Virus record (IMG/VR): IMGVR_UViG_3300042261_001312
Span: 186,001 to 250,000 of that record
Direction: 5' to 3' (one strand)
Length of the DNA: 64,000 nt
Shown here: one piece after another, positions 63,540 through 64,000 of the stretch
Numbering within the stretch: the stretch's first letter is position 1
Layout of the letters: every line of letters starts with the position of its first letter
Notes under the pieces: model-generated
Told to the model about the DNA's origin: nothing
Seen by the model: the letters and a program-made list of their open reading frames with translations, nothing else
Database searches by the model: none
Program-made: the position numbers and the translations under genes

Positions 63540-64000
63540 ATGGGAAGAAGTGTTGAATATAAAGGAGTTACAATTGAAATTAATTTCGACGATAAACGAA
63601 ATTCATATTCTTATATGATTTATAGAAATGGTAAACCTTTAAGGGGTAATATGGGAATTAAAAATGATGTAGAAGCACTAATGAGAGCAAAAGACTATGT
63701 TGATACTCGTCTTACAAATGAAGAAGTTAAACCAACACTTAAAAATCCAGTAAGTACACAATCAAAGAACTTTGAAAAAATTTTTAAAAACACTATGAAC
63801 AAAAATGATATCAAATTGAATGAGGTTGATGAATTATTGACCGAAAAAGAACAGTCGCTAAAAAAGAAAATTTTTAGTTTGGCTAAAATGGAATCATTGG
63901 TATTTTCTGATCCAAAATTATCGGCAGTATATGATGAAATGGCTGAAAATGGTGAAGAAAAATATGGTTATCACTACAATGAAACCATTCAGAATATGAT
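63540..64000 (+). CDS. hypothetical protein, 3'-truncated by window edge
   Basis: Open frame MGRSVEYKGVTIEINF...KLNEVDELLTEKE...YGYHYNETIQNM running off the end of the window. Confidence 0.7.
   Translation, partial: MGRSVEYKGVTIEINFDDKRNSYSYMIYRNGKPLRGNMGIKNDVEALMRAKDYVDTRLTNEEVKPTLKNPVSTQSKNFEKIFKNTMNKNDIKLNEVDELLTEKEQSLKKKIFSLAKMESLVFSDPKLSAVYDEMAENGEEKYGYHYNETIQNM

Noticed and set aside
1-64000. Stop-codon reassignment, as in some jumbo phages
   Set aside because: Conserved genes are full length in code 11, and TAG (2853, 52239) and TGA (47217, 51156, 60028) end genes at natural boundaries.

Overview
A 64-kb segment of an AT-rich, T4-like/jumbo tailed phage. The host is probably Bacteroidota (inferred from SD-less A-rich leaders, TAnnTTTG host-type promoters, an ECF sigma, a Bacteroidota-style receiver domain and Hsp20). 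All supported genes except Hsp20 are on the + strand, and the standard code fits. Layout: (1) replication/modification (intein-bearing SNF2 helicase, QueC-like protein, family B polymerase); (2) a 6.5-19 kb block of multidomain proteins with [LI]xE-type linkers (Nudix, WYL, twin-kinase polyprotein, CCA-adding enzyme fused to a 2H cyclic phosphodiesterase, PD-(D/E)XK, RNA-repair-type HAD phosphatase, receiver, ParB-like); (3) baseplate/tail genes (gp25-, gp6-, gp7-like), four of which carry six mucin-like Thr/Ser tracts in total, followed directly by a four-gene glycosylation operon; its first gene matches, motif by motif, plant peptidyl-serine/hydroxyproline O-glycosyltransferases (GT96/GT95); (4) RuvC-like resolvase, primase, ECF sigma, Hsp20, Mre11-Rad50 fusion, dCMP deaminase, amidase-like and spanin-like genes. 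About nine selfish endonuclease elements are interspersed, and a GTATTTAT motif precedes 19 start codons at 22-43 nt. The two most interesting candidate systems are phage-encoded mucin-type O-glycosylation of virion proteins and a tRNA 3'-end healing/CCA-restoration module. All family assignments are by eye from remembered motifs; no database searches were run.
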